64,000 nucleotides of DNA, taken from positions 29,699 to 93,698 of the forward strand of contig CALWZE010000013.1 in NCBI GenBank assembly GCA_944385925.1, read 5' to 3'. Below are positions 8,905 through 18,295 of the stretch, piece after piece. Source of the stretch: an uncultured Clostridia bacterium. Lineage in GTDB: Bacteria > Bacillota > Clostridia > Oscillospirales > Ruminococcaceae. The stretch's first letter is position 1, and each line of letters opens with the position of its first letter. Below the pieces are notes generated by a model, which saw nothing but the letters and a program-made list of their open reading frames with translations, did not search any database and was not told the DNA's origin. A program made the position numbers and the translations under genes.

Positions 8905-10434
8905 TTATCTATACTGCGCCAGTTCCTGCAAAGCAGGCTTAATTCCCGCACATGCTTTCAGATAGGTTTGATAAATCCGCTCATACTTTGCCGCACGCTC
9001 GGGGTCCGGCAGGAAGGTATCCTCAATAGAGCGGAACCGGTCAGCCACATCAAAACTGTCATACACGCCGACAGCCTGACCGGCAACAATCGCGCAGCCA
9101 ATCGAATCCGGCGTGTCTGTCAGCTCGGTATTGCGAACCGGCAGGTTAAAGACGTCCGCCATTACCTGAAGCCAATATTTTTCATGGGAGGCTATGCCGA
9201 CAACCGTCAATTCCGTCACCTCTGCCTGCGCACGGAAAAGATCGACAAACCGCCGCATTTCGAAGGTCGCGCCCTCCATTGCCGCGCGCATCATGTCCTC
9301 ACGGGTGTGCGTCCAGAGCAGGCCGATATAGGCCCCGGCAGAATAGGGTTCCGGCGCGTTGGAAGCGGCGCCAAGCAGATGCGGGATGCAAAGCAGTCCA
9401 TTTGCACCAACCGGGGACTGCTTCACGGCCTCTTCCATGCAGGTGTAAGGATAGATATTTTTGAAAGGCAGCACTTCCCGCAGCCCGTCCGGGTCATAGC
9501 GGAAAATTGAGTTTTTCAGCCATTTAAAGACAACGCCTGCTTCCTGGAGCTGGCAGAAACAGCTGTACAGGCCCGGAACCGCGTGCGGATTGTTGGTAAC
9601 TCGCATGCACTCCATATCTTCAATCGGTTTATCCGAACACATGGACATCCAGGTCGAAGAACCAAGACTCATATATAATTTACCGGGCTTGACCAGCCCT
9701 GCCCCGACCGACGAACAAAGGATGTCGCCCGCGCCGATTACAACCGGAATGCCCGGGCAAAGGCCGGTTTCCCGCGCAGCCTGCTCGGTAACGCAGCCGA
9801 CGATCTCGTTGGACTCCAGAATTTCAGGGAACTTGTCCATGTCCAGTCCCGCCGTCTCGATAATCCTGCGGGACCAGTCATGCGCCTGAATGTCCAATGC
9901 ATAGGTACTGGAAGCATCGGTGTAATCTGTCACGGCACGGCCGGTAAACCGAAGCGCCATATAGTCCTTGCACTGGATCATTTTGTAGGTTTTCGCATAG
10001 ATTTCAGGCCACTTTTCCTTGACCCACATCAGCTTGCGCACGCTGGAAACCGGACGGTTGGGCAGTCCGGCAATCTTGTAGTACTCCTGCTGAGGGATGG
10101 CCGCAAGCTTGTCCTCCACTTCCAGCGAGCGGGTATCCGACCAGGTAATTGCGTCCATCAGAGGATTTCCATCCCGGTCAACGCACAGGCAAACCTGGCT
10201 CTGGGTCGTAAAGCAAATCGCTGCAACTTCGGACGGATCGAACCGGTCCAGGAGCTCGTGGGTTGTGTCGATAACCGCCTGCCACCAATCCTGCGGGCTT
10301 TGCTGCGCATAGTCTCCTTTAAACGTAATCGGCAGCGCCCGGTAGGCCGACGCGACAAGCGTTCCATCGGTTGTAAAGACGCTTGTTTTGGTCCCGGACG
10401 AGATCGTGTCATAGGTCAGCAGATATTGCGACAT
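8905..10434 (-). CDS. FGGY-family carbohydrate kinase (xylulokinase/glycerol-kinase-like)
   Basis: 509 aa with FGGY N- and C-domains by sequence character (DQSPQDWW, GAGD, GxxGAA). AAGGAG RBS. Confidence 0.85.
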   Translation of the reverse strand: MSQYLLTYDTISSGTKTSVFTTDGTLVASAYRALPITFKGDYAQQSPQDWWQAVIDTTHELLDRFDPSEVAAICFTTQSQVCLCVDRDGNPLMDAITWSDTRSLEVEDKLAAIPQQEYYKIAGLPNRPVSSVRKLMWVKEKWPEIYAKTYKMIQCKDYMALRFTGRAVTDYTDASSTYALDIQAHDWSRRIIETAGLDMDKFPEILESNEIVGCVTEQAARETGLCPGIPVVIGAGDILCSSVGAGLVKPGKLYMSLGSSTWMSMCSDKPIEDMECMRVTNNPHAVPGLYSCFCQLQEAGVVFKWLKNSIFRYDPDGLREVLPFKNIYPYTCMEEAVKQSPVGANGLLCIPHLLGAASNAPEPYSAGAYIGLLWTHTREDMMRAAMEGATFEMRRFVDLFRAQAEVTELTVVGIASHEKYWLQVMADVFNLPVRNTELTDTPDSIGCAIVAGQAVGVYDSFDVADRFRSIEDTFLPDPERAAKYERIYQTYLKACAGIKPALQELAQYR

Positions 10435-10864
10435 AGTAAAGCTCCTTTTTTACGCGGCGCCAGCCGCAGATTTGTTCCATTGCTCAGTATAAGCCTTCCA
10501 TCGCATTCAATCAATACCTTGCAAATGTGCTTGGGGCCGTCGTCGAAATCCAATGTAAATTTGACCTACTTCCGCACAGCTCACAGCGACGATTGTACTG
10601 CCTCAAACTGCGCTTAAAACGCCGCGGTTCTTTCTCAAATGCCTTTGCAGGATCAGATACTTGCGTAAAACTTGAATATGCAGTCTCCGGCAATTTTCCC
10701 AAGCTTTTTAATTGTATTGCCCGCGCCGCTTTCCATAATTGAGCAAAATTTCAGCAAGGACGTGTCTAAGTCCGGATTTTATTCGCCAATCGGATCTTGT
10801 CTGCGTTTTGCGAAAAAACTGTTCCGCCCTCTTCAACGCAGGCACGGTTTCTTTTTATTTGCTC

Positions 10865-11617
10865 TTACAGGTCGATTTCCAGGCCAACCGGACAATGGTC
10901 GCTGCCGGTCACCTCTGCATATATCTTTGCATCCCTGATTTTCTCCCGCAGGCGGTCGGATACAACAAAGTAGTCTATGCGCCACCCCGCGTTGTTCTTC
11001 CGCGCGTTAAACCTGTATGACCACCAGGAATAGGCGCCGGTCCGATCCGGATACAGATAGCGAAAGCTGTCGGTAAAACCTGCGGCAAGCAGCTCTGAAA
11101 ATTTGCCGCGCTCCTCGTCCGAGAATCCCGCGGAACCCATATTGGGTTTGGGATTTTTCAAATCGATCTCATTGTGCGCAACGTTGAGGTCCCCGCAGTA
11201 AACAACCGGTTTTCGGCTGTCCAGATTGCTAAGATATCCGCGCATGGCGTCCTCAAATTCCATGCGGTAACCAATACGCGCAAGTTCAGGCTGCGCATTG
11301 GGAGAATAGCAATTTACCAGATAGAACGCCGGAAATTCCAGCGTCAGCACTCTGCCCTCCTCGTCCGGAAATCCCTCTATACCGCGGCTCACCGCACACG
11401 GCTGCATTTTGCTGAATACCGCCGTTCCCGAATAGCCCTTTTTAAGCGCGCTGTTAAAATAAGCGAAATATCCATCAGGCGCAAAATCCGCCTGTCCTTC
11501 CTGCATTTTTGTTTCCTGAATGCAAAAGCAGTCTGCCTGCTGCTGCAAGAAGAAATCTCCGAATCCTTTTTGCAAGCAGGCCCGAAACCCGTTTACGTTC
11601 CATGAGATCAGCTTCAT
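10865..11617 (-). CDS. xth: Exodeoxyribonuclease III
   Basis: MKLISWNVNGFRA N-terminus and C-terminal SDHCPV motif. Start moved to the ATG at 11617 after AGGAGG. Confidence 0.9.
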   Translation of the reverse strand: MKLISWNVNGFRACLQKGFGDFFLQQQADCFCIQETKMQEGQADFAPDGYFAYFNSALKKGYSGTAVFSKMQPCAVSRGIEGFPDEEGRVLTLEFPAFYLVNCYSPNAQPELARIGYRMEFEDAMRGYLSNLDSRKPVVYCGDLNVAHNEIDLKNPKPNMGSAGFSDEERGKFSELLAAGFTDSFRYLYPDRTGAYSWWSYRFNARKNNAGWRIDYFVVSDRLREKIRDAKIYAEVTGSDHCPVGLEIDL

Positions 11618-11702
11618 ATTGTCCTCCTGCGGCCGTGGCCTGTCAATTCTGTACACCGCACAGGTGCTTGTGTCACTCATTATACAGAACTTTTCTTAAA
11701 AG

Positions 11703-11738
11703 GAAAAGGAGCGAGCTTGTGCCTGCCCGCCCCTTTTC
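11703..11738 (-). terminator. Probable terminator ending the dha/regulator string
   Basis: Imperfect stem gaaaaggggcgggc / gctcgctccttttc on the minus strand, followed by CTTTTAAG. Confidence 0.5.
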
Positions 11739-11785
11739 AGGAAAGAGAAAGATTATGACTGACTTATCGGATGATGTATAAATGA

Positions 11786-12268
11786 TTATTTCTTGTTGAT
11801 GCGGATTTCGCAGACGTCGTCGCCCTTCGCGATGGTCTTGCCAAGCGCAAACTCGAAATTGTCATAAGTCGAGATGATTCCGCGGTCGCCGTCCATCGCC
11901 ATATCGCACAGCGCAGGCATCTCCTCTTCCGGAATGCCAAGCTTTTTCCAAGCCTCAACCAGCGGACAGTAGTGGAAGTCGATATCCAGGTGCTCGCCGT
12001 CGTTTTTCAGGATCTCCATCTCAAAGCAGTTAACAACGTCCTGATTCGCGAACGCATCCGCAAACACCTTCAGATCATCCGTACGCGGATATTTGCTTTT
12101 GCCATGGAACTGGCCGCAGCTGAAAACCGCCTTACCGGCAAAGCTCTTATCAAGGCCAGCTTTCTGCGCCTCTGCAATCATCAGCGCATACCAGGTCGCG
12201 CGATGTTCAATTGCGCCGCGAAGCAGATCAGTACGAGGATCGCTCTTGGATGGGGTGTTCTTAATCAT
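11786..12268 (-). CDS. L-2-amino-thiazoline-4-carboxylic acid (ATC) hydrolase-family protein, function unknown
   Basis: 160 aa. The pattern HRATWYALM...CGQFHG...FHYCPLVEAWKKLG...LCDMAMDGD...GKTIAKGDDVCE fits my memory of that small family. Its start overlaps the regulator stop by 8 nt. Confidence 0.55.
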   Translation of the reverse strand: MIKNTPSKSDPRTDLLRGAIEHRATWYALMIAEAQKAGLDKSFAGKAVFSCGQFHGKSKYPRTDDLKVFADAFANQDVVNCFEMEILKNDGEHLDIDFHYCPLVEAWKKLGIPEEEMPALCDMAMDGDRGIISTYDNFEFALGKTIAKGDDVCEIRINKK

Positions 12269-13976
12269 TTTCCTGTTCTCCTTGCATGTTAATTTTTTTC
12301 AGTTTTCGGAACAGCGTCGCCCTGCTGATTTGCAGGATCGCTGCTATTTCGTCTCGGGTTTTTCCGCTTGCCATCAGGCGGAGAATCTGATCCTCCACAA
12401 GCTGGCCCGCCGATTTCTCCTGTTTTTGCCTGTCACGCAGAAAACTCAGCGGTTCAAGCAATTCCATGCCAATTGGGCGGTTTTTGCAATGAATGATGAG
12501 GTGTTCCGCAACGTTCCGCAGCTGTCTGAGGTCTCCCGGCCAATCATATTCGCAAAGAGTCTCCACAACTTTCGGATCTATCTGCGGCGTCTGCATGCCG
12601 TATTTTTCGGCATACAGGCGCAGTGCATCCTGCAGATAAATTGCAACATCTTCTGCGTTGTCTCCGATTCCCGGCAAATAGATGCTCTGCCGGCTAAGCT
12701 GCTCATAAAGCTGCTGGTCAAACATTCCGCAGTCCATCAGCGGTTTCAGCGTTCCCTGCACCGTAAATATCAGTCTCGTGTCGGTTCCAATTTCCCGGCC
12801 CTGCACTTCAATTGTGCGGTGCACCAGATAATCGCTGATTCTGCGCTGAAGATATTGCGGCATCAGATCGACGCGGCAGATACAGACAGTTCCCTTATTT
12901 GCAAGCCGCAGCTTGCTGGTCATGACATTTTCCTTGGCGCCGAACAGCTCGGCCTCGATCCGTTTGTCCGAATCCATCGAACAGTCGATGTGGAAAAAGT
13001 TTCCCTGTCCTCTTCTGGATTCTTCATGGATCGCCTGCGCCAGTTCCAGCTTACGGTAACCGCAGACGCCCTCAATCAGCACCGGATCGTCGTTCTTCGA
13101 AGCGGTTCTTGCCTTGTTAATCGCACTGCGGCATCGCCCGCTTGACCCTTTAAAGCGCTCGAACCGGTAATTTTCAGCAATTGTTCCGCCCACAGCGCTC
13201 GCAGCGTTGTTGATGCTTTTAAGCGAAAACACAGCGCCGTAGTATTCTCCGCCAATCTCTATCGTGCGTGCAGAACACAGGCCGTCAAAGCTTGAGCTGC
13301 CTTTATATTCACAATAGATCAGTTTGTCCTCAAAGCTCTGCTTGTCCTTAAGGAATCTGTCAATCTCCGCATGGCGGATGACGGTCGAAACCGGCAGATT
13401 TATAACCGTTTTACCGCCGAAAAAAGCATCGTTGAACCGCGTATTGGAATAGGTGATCAATCCATCCCGGTCAACCAGCACGATCGCCTCATTCATCGAG
13501 TCAATCAATACCTCGCGCTGTAACTTTGCCAGGTTCAGCCGCTGGTAATCGGATTCAGTTTGCAGTTTGCCCACAAGCATTTCGGCCATTTTTTCCAAAA
13601 AGCCGATCGTGTGGCTCAGGTTGCCAAACAGTCCCTTGATGAATTTCGGAGAAATAGCGAGCGCCATCGCGCCGATCACCTTGTCCTCGTAAACGATCGG
13701 AACGCCAATCAGGCTCTTCATCTCGCAGATTTCAAAATCCTTGCACTCAATGCAGGACTGAAACCGCTCCTTATCATCAATTGCCAGAGGTTTGCCGTTT
13801 TCAATGATCCTGCCGACAATCGAGTTTTTGCGGATTTCGATGCGCTGCCGCGGATAGGAAAAGGTATCGGTGATGCGGTTCAGCTCATTGTCGACAATGA
13901 CAACGTCGACTTCCATAACGCGCTTAATGGCCCAGGCAATCTGGCTGGCGCTTTCGGTCACCATGGAGAGATTCAC
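12261..13976 (-). CDS. DhaR-like transcriptional regulator (GAF/PAS sensor, degenerate sigma-54-activator-type AAA+ domain, Fis-type HTH)
   Basis: 571 aa. The EBP-like core runs PVLIEGVCGYRKLELAQAIHEESRR...ELFGAK...GDLRQLRNV. The C-terminal HTH reads TRDEIAAILQISRATLFRKLKK. It sits immediately downstream of dhaKL. GTG start. Confidence 0.75.
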   Translation of the reverse strand: MNLSMVTESASQIAWAIKRVMEVDVVIVDNELNRITDTFSYPRQRIEIRKNSIVGRIIENGKPLAIDDKERFQSCIECKDFEICEMKSLIGVPIVYEDKVIGAMALAISPKFIKGLFGNLSHTIGFLEKMAEMLVGKLQTESDYQRLNLAKLQREVLIDSMNEAIVLVDRDGLITYSNTRFNDAFFGGKTVINLPVSTVIRHAEIDRFLKDKQSFEDKLIYCEYKGSSSFDGLCSARTIEIGGEYYGAVFSLKSINNAASAVGGTIAENYRFERFKGSSGRCRSAINKARTASKNDDPVLIEGVCGYRKLELAQAIHEESRRGQGNFFHIDCSMDSDKRIEAELFGAKENVMTSKLRLANKGTVCICRVDLMPQYLQRRISDYLVHRTIEVQGREIGTDTRLIFTVQGTLKPLMDCGMFDQQLYEQLSRQSIYLPGIGDNAEDVAIYLQDALRLYAEKYGMQTPQIDPKVVETLCEYDWPGDLRQLRNVAEHLIIHCKNRPIGMELLEPLSFLRDRQKQEKSAGQLVEDQILRLMASGKTRDEIAAILQISRATLFRKLKKINMQGEQEND

Positions 13977-14009
13977 TGCATCACCATCCCTTTATGTAAT
14001 GTTTTCAGA

Positions 14010-14654
14010 TCACAGTTTTGCCTTAATGCAGTCGCAAAGGCATTCCAGCTGATAGGACATGGTCACGGCGCCGGGGTCCAGATGTCCAACGCCCTTGTTC
14101 GCCTGATAACTCGCGCGGCCTTTTACAGCCTCCATGCCCTTGGTTGACTCGGCGCCGTCGATCGCAGCCTGCTTGACGGCATCCAGGGTTTCCGCATCGC
14201 TCTTACCCTCTGCAAGCGCCTTTTTATACGCCTCAACAGCAGGATAAAGCGAATCGATCATGGTTTTGAATCCGGGCTCGGCTTTTCCGCGCTCCATCAT
14301 GTCCTTAACCATCGCTTCCAGCGCAGCACAAAGCTCTTCGCTGGTGATTTCGGCTTTCCCGGCAACCGTCTTGCTTGCAGCGATATATGCGCCGCCGTAA
14401 AGGATGCCCGAGCTGCCGCCGATCTTGCTCATCATCAGCATGCCGATCTTTTTGAAGACGCCGTCAATCGGCATGGCGCGCATTTCATCGGACGCCGCAA
14501 CCAGGTTTTCAAACCCCATGTTGATATTTGCCCAGTGATCGCCGTCGCCGGTAATCGCGTCCAGTCCGGAAATATAGTCGCCGTTTTCCGCGATCTTTTT
14601 CGCCGCAACCTGGATGTAATCGACATAGTCATTGGATGTTACAACAAAACTCAT
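14010..14654 (-). CDS. dhaL: Dihydroxyacetone kinase subunit L (ADP-binding)
   Basis: LDAITGDGDHW motif and all-helical Dak2 character. Start moved to the ATG at 14654 after GAGAGGAGAG. Confidence 0.85.
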   Translation of the reverse strand: MSFVVTSNDYVDYIQVAAKKIAENGDYISGLDAITGDGDHWANINMGFENLVAASDEMRAMPIDGVFKKIGMLMMSKIGGSSGILYGGAYIAASKTVAGKAEITSEELCAALEAMVKDMMERGKAEPGFKTMIDSLYPAVEAYKKALAEGKSDAETLDAVKQAAIDGAESTKGMEAVKGRASYQANKGVGHLDPGAVTMSYQLECLCDCIKAKL

Positions 14655-14679
14655 TTCAAGCACTCTCCTCTCACATGAA

Positions 14680-15669
14680 TCAGCATTTGAAGGCAGGCGT
14701 GTCAGCCGGCGCATCGAGATAACCTTTCAGCTCCTCGTCCAGCTTCAGCAGCGTGACCGAGCAGCCGGACATCTCCAGAGAGGTCATGTAGTTTCCAACA
14801 AAGGACTTGTAGACCTTGATTCCCTTGTCGCTGAGGATCTTTTCAACCTCATTATACATGATATAAAGTTCCATAAGCGGGGTACCGCCCAGGCCATTGA
14901 CCATTACCGCGACCTCGCTGCCGCTGTAATCGTAATCCTCCAGAATACGCGCAACCAGCTTTTCGGCCGTCTCTTTGGCCGAGCTGATCGGCTCGCGGTT
15001 GACACCCGGTTCACCGTGAATACCCATGCCGATCTCGACTTCGCTCTCAGCAAGTTCAAAGCCGGGTTTGCCAACACCGGGGAGAATGCAGGGGGTCATC
15101 GCCATACCCATCGAGCGGATATTGTCGATGGTTTTCTGAGCGGCGGCTTTTACCTCCTCCAGGCTTTTGCCCGCTTCGGCAGCAGCACCGGCAATCTTGT
15201 GCACAAAAACGGTGCCCGCAATACCGCGGCGGCCGGTCGAATAGGTGCTGTCCGGCACTGCGACGTCGTCTTTTACCACCACGTAGTCGGTCTTGATGTC
15301 TTCCATGCCGGCAAGCTCACCCGCCATCTGGAAGTTCATAATATCGCCGGAATAATTCTTAATGATCATCAGGACGCCGGCGCCGCTGTCTGCGGCTTTG
15401 ATGCCCTCGATAATGCGGTCCGGGCTGGGGCTTGCGAAGACATTGCCCGCGACTGCCGCATCCAGCATTCCCTTGCCGACGTATCCCGCATGTGCGGGTT
15501 CATGTCCCGAGCCGCCGCCGGAAACCAGACCGACTTTATTCTGTTTTTTCTCTTTTCTATAGATTACCTCAAGTCCGTCATTGCTGTAAACCAGTTCCGG
15601 ATGGGATTTCGACAAACCAAGCAGCATTTCGGTCACAACATCATTAGGATTATTGATGAGCTTTTTCAT
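14680..15669 (-). CDS. dhaK: Dihydroxyacetone kinase subunit K (substrate-binding)
   Basis: Dak1 signature VSGGGSGHEPAHAGYVGKGMLDAAVAG. ATG at 15669 after AAAGGAG. Confidence 0.9.
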   Translation of the reverse strand: MKKLINNPNDVVTEMLLGLSKSHPELVYSNDGLEVIYRKEKKQNKVGLVSGGGSGHEPAHAGYVGKGMLDAAVAGNVFASPSPDRIIEGIKAADSGAGVLMIIKNYSGDIMNFQMAGELAGMEDIKTDYVVVKDDVAVPDSTYSTGRRGIAGTVFVHKIAGAAAEAGKSLEEVKAAAQKTIDNIRSMGMAMTPCILPGVGKPGFELAESEVEIGMGIHGEPGVNREPISSAKETAEKLVARILEDYDYSGSEVAVMVNGLGGTPLMELYIMYNEVEKILSDKGIKVYKSFVGNYMTSLEMSGCSVTLLKLDEELKGYLDAPADTPAFKC

Positions 15670-15741
15670 TATATAAACTCCTTTCACAAATCAACCGAGT
15701 CAGCAGCCGTTCCCGACCGCTGAAATATTTTTTGATAATCC

Positions 15742-16461
15742 TCAGGTTTCGTGGATCTCGCCGAGATAAGCGGACTTAACCCGCGGATCGTTCATAAGCT
15801 CCTTCGCGTCGCCGGACAGGGAAATCTTTCCGGTTTCCAGTACATACGCCCGGTGCGCGACCGACAGCGCCATGTTCGCGTTCTGCTCGATCAGCAGAAT
15901 CGTCGTGCCCTGTTTGTTGATCGATTCGATGAGGTCGAAAATCATCAAAACGAGGTTCGGCGCAAGGCCCATGGACGGCTCATCCAGCAGCAGAAGTTTC
16001 GGCCTGCTCATCAGCGCACGGCCGATCGCGAGCATCTGCTGTTCGCCGCCCGACAAGGTGCCCGCCGGCTGCTTGATGCGTTCCTTCAGACGCGGAAACA
16101 GGTCATAAACCCGCTCGAAAGACTGGTTAATTTCCGCTTTGTCGCTGCGGGTGAAAGCGCCCAGCCGGAGATTTTCCTCTACCGACAGTGCCGGAAAGAC
16201 CTCGCGGCCTTCGGGGGAGAGGCTGATCTTCTTGCTGACAACTTTATATGCCGGCAGGTTGGTGATATTTTCTCCCTCAAATTCGATTTTGCCTTTTGAT
16301 GCCTTGACCAGGCCGGAAATTGCGCCAAGAGTCGTAGACTTACCTGCGCCGTTGGAACCGATAAGGGTAACGATTTCTCCCTCGTTCACCTCCATATCAA
16401 TGCCTTTCAGCGCATGGATAAAGCCGTAATGGACGTTAAGGTCGGTGATTTTCAGCATCAT
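15742..16461 (-). CDS. livF: HAAT-family (LivF-like) ABC transporter ATP-binding protein
   Basis: Walker A GSNGAGKST, signature LSGGEQQ and Walker B LLLLDEPS. 239 aa, overlapping livG by 4 nt. Confidence 0.9.
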   Translation of the reverse strand: MMLKITDLNVHYGFIHALKGIDMEVNEGEIVTLIGSNGAGKSTTLGAISGLVKASKGKIEFEGENITNLPAYKVVSKKISLSPEGREVFPALSVEENLRLGAFTRSDKAEINQSFERVYDLFPRLKERIKQPAGTLSGGEQQMLAIGRALMSRPKLLLLDEPSMGLAPNLVLMIFDLIESINKQGTTILLIEQNANMALSVAHRAYVLETGKISLSGDAKELMNDPRVKSAYLGEIHET

Positions 16462-17225
16462 TTTTCTCTCTTCCCTCCCAGATACGCCTCAATAACCTGC
16501 GGGTTGTTCGCAATCTCTCTTGGCAGGCCGTTCGCGATCATTTTGCCATGATCCAGCACATAAATTCGGTCCGAAATGTTCATGACCACGCCCATATCGT
16601 GCTCGATCAGAATGATTGTATAGCCTTTATCACGCAGCTCGCGGATGAATCGAAGCAACTCTTCGGATTCAGCCGGGTTCATGCCGGCTGCCGGCTCATC
16701 CAGCAGGATAAGCTTTGCGTCGGTCGCAATGGCGCGCGCGATTTCAACCTTGCGCTGATCGCCATACGGAAGATTGGATGCCAGTTCATTGATTTTATCG
16801 CCAAGGCCAATACTCTCCAGAATATCGATCGCCTTAAGTGTTTTTTCCGCCTCTTCCTTCTGATAGCGCGGTGTGCGCAGCAATCCGTCAAAGAAATTAT
16901 ATTTTGTGCGTATATGGGTGCCGACCAGCACGTTTTCGATTACCCGCATTTTTCCAAACAGGCGAAGGTTCTGGAAAGTGCGGGAAATCCCCATATCGAC
17001 GATCTCCTGCGGCGTCTTGCGATGAATCTCTTTTCCTTCAAATTCAATGGCTCCGGAAGTGATCTCGTAAACGCCTGTGAGCATATTAAATACCGTAGTT
17101 TTGCCCGCGCCGTTGGGGCCGATCAGGCTAACGATCTCTCCCTTGTCCACATGAAAGGAAACGCTGTCAACAGCCAAGAGTCCGCCGAACTGCATCGTGA
17201 TCTCTTTTGCTTGCAAAAGTGCCAT
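16458..17225 (-). CDS. livG: HAAT-family (LivG-like) ABC transporter ATP-binding protein
   Basis: Walker A GPNGAGKTT and Walker B ILLDEPAAG. The LPYGDQRK signature variant is typical of LivG. Confidence 0.9.
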   Translation of the reverse strand: MALLQAKEITMQFGGLLAVDSVSFHVDKGEIVSLIGPNGAGKTTVFNMLTGVYEITSGAIEFEGKEIHRKTPQEIVDMGISRTFQNLRLFGKMRVIENVLVGTHIRTKYNFFDGLLRTPRYQKEEAEKTLKAIDILESIGLGDKINELASNLPYGDQRKVEIARAIATDAKLILLDEPAAGMNPAESEELLRFIRELRDKGYTIILIEHDMGVVMNISDRIYVLDHGKMIANGLPREIANNPQVIEAYLGGKREK

Positions 17226-17250
17226 AGTTCAAAAACTCCTTTCTGTCGAC

Positions 17251-18291
17251 TTATTGTACCGTCTTTGCTTTTTCGCGTTCGGCAAGGGCTTTTTTGGCTC
17301 TTCTGGGCAGCTTGTAGGGCAAAGTGGACTGCCAGCCGAGGGCGCCCTGCGGACGGAACTGCATCATCAGTACAAGCAGCAGGCCATAGATCACAAAGCG
17401 CCACTGATTTAGGAAGCGGAAAACCTGCGGGAACATCATGAGCAGCGCGGAGCCGAAATACATGCCGCGGATCGTGCCCATGCCGCCGACGATCACGACG
17501 CTAAGGATCTGGATGGAGTAGTTGAACACAAAGTTATTCGGCTCAATATAGCCGTTGTTGATGACCGAATAATACGCGCCGGCAAGACCGGTGATAAAAG
17601 CCGACACGACAAACGCGAGGATCTTATACCGCGTGGTCTTGATGCCCATCATGGTAGCCGCCAGTTCATCTTCTTTAATTGCAATCAGCGTGCGGCCTGC
17701 ATTGGAGTTCTTGATGGTATAGCACGCAATTGCGGTCACGGTGGACAGGAAGAGGATCAGCCAGTAAAATCCGCCGTTTGAAAGGGTCAGCTCCCATCCG
17801 AACAGTTCCGGAACAGGGATGCTGCGGATACCGTAGTTTCCGTTGGTGACCGATTCCCACTGGCGCAGGACCATCAGAACGATCTCGCCGAATCCCAGCG
17901 TAACGATCGTCAGATAAGTACCGGACAAGCGCAGTGTCGGCAGTCCGAGCAGAAAGCCGATCAGCGCCGCAACGCAAGCGCCGGCAATCGCGCCAGTCCA
18001 GAAACTCCAGCCATAGGTCGTGGTCAGTATCGCACTGGTATATGCGCCGATTGCATAGAATCCGGCATGACCGAGCGAAACCTGTCCAACATAGCCAAGC
18101 AGGACGTTGAGGCCCATACCGAGCATTGCATACAGGAAGATCATTACCAGGTTGCGCATTGCAACGCGAGAAGCGCCCAGGAACGGCACCGCGATAAGAA
18201 ACGCTCCGACCAGAATTGAAAGCGGCACTTTAAATTTATCAACAAAGCTTTCAAAGGGAGCGAGCAGATTTAAACTTTTTTTCTCTTTCAT
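17251..18291 (-). CDS. livM: HAAT-family (LivM-like) ABC permease
   Basis: Polytopic protein with GQVSLGHAGF motif. The ATG at 18291 is preferred over the upstream GTG at 18312. Confidence 0.85.
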   Translation of the reverse strand: MKEKKSLNLLAPFESFVDKFKVPLSILVGAFLIAVPFLGASRVAMRNLVMIFLYAMLGMGLNVLLGYVGQVSLGHAGFYAIGAYTSAILTTTYGWSFWTGAIAGACVAALIGFLLGLPTLRLSGTYLTIVTLGFGEIVLMVLRQWESVTNGNYGIRSIPVPELFGWELTLSNGGFYWLILFLSTVTAIACYTIKNSNAGRTLIAIKEDELAATMMGIKTTRYKILAFVVSAFITGLAGAYYSVINNGYIEPNNFVFNYSIQILSVVIVGGMGTIRGMYFGSALLMMFPQVFRFLNQWRFVIYGLLLVLMMQFRPQGALGWQSTLPYKLPRRAKKALAEREKAKTVQ

Positions 18292-18295
18292 ATGC

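Noticed and set aside
10511-10702. 63-aa minus-strand ORF in the 430-nt leader of the FGGY kinase. It contains RRCELCGSRSNLH, faintly reminiscent of an HNH CxxC...H motif.
   Set aside because: It has a TTG start with no RBS. The HNH His-His/Asn residues are absent after the CxxC, and it is very basic with low complexity. At most it is a decayed remnant, which I cannot support.
15670-15741. Search for a sigma-54 (-24 TGGCAC / -12 TTGC) promoter upstream of dhaK, and also in 20609-21175 upstream of the ABC operon.
   Set aside because: No convincing GG-N10-GC element was found. The nearest, TGGCAAgatttAAAGG near 20700, fails at the -12 element. I used this as negative evidence in the DhaR-like finding.
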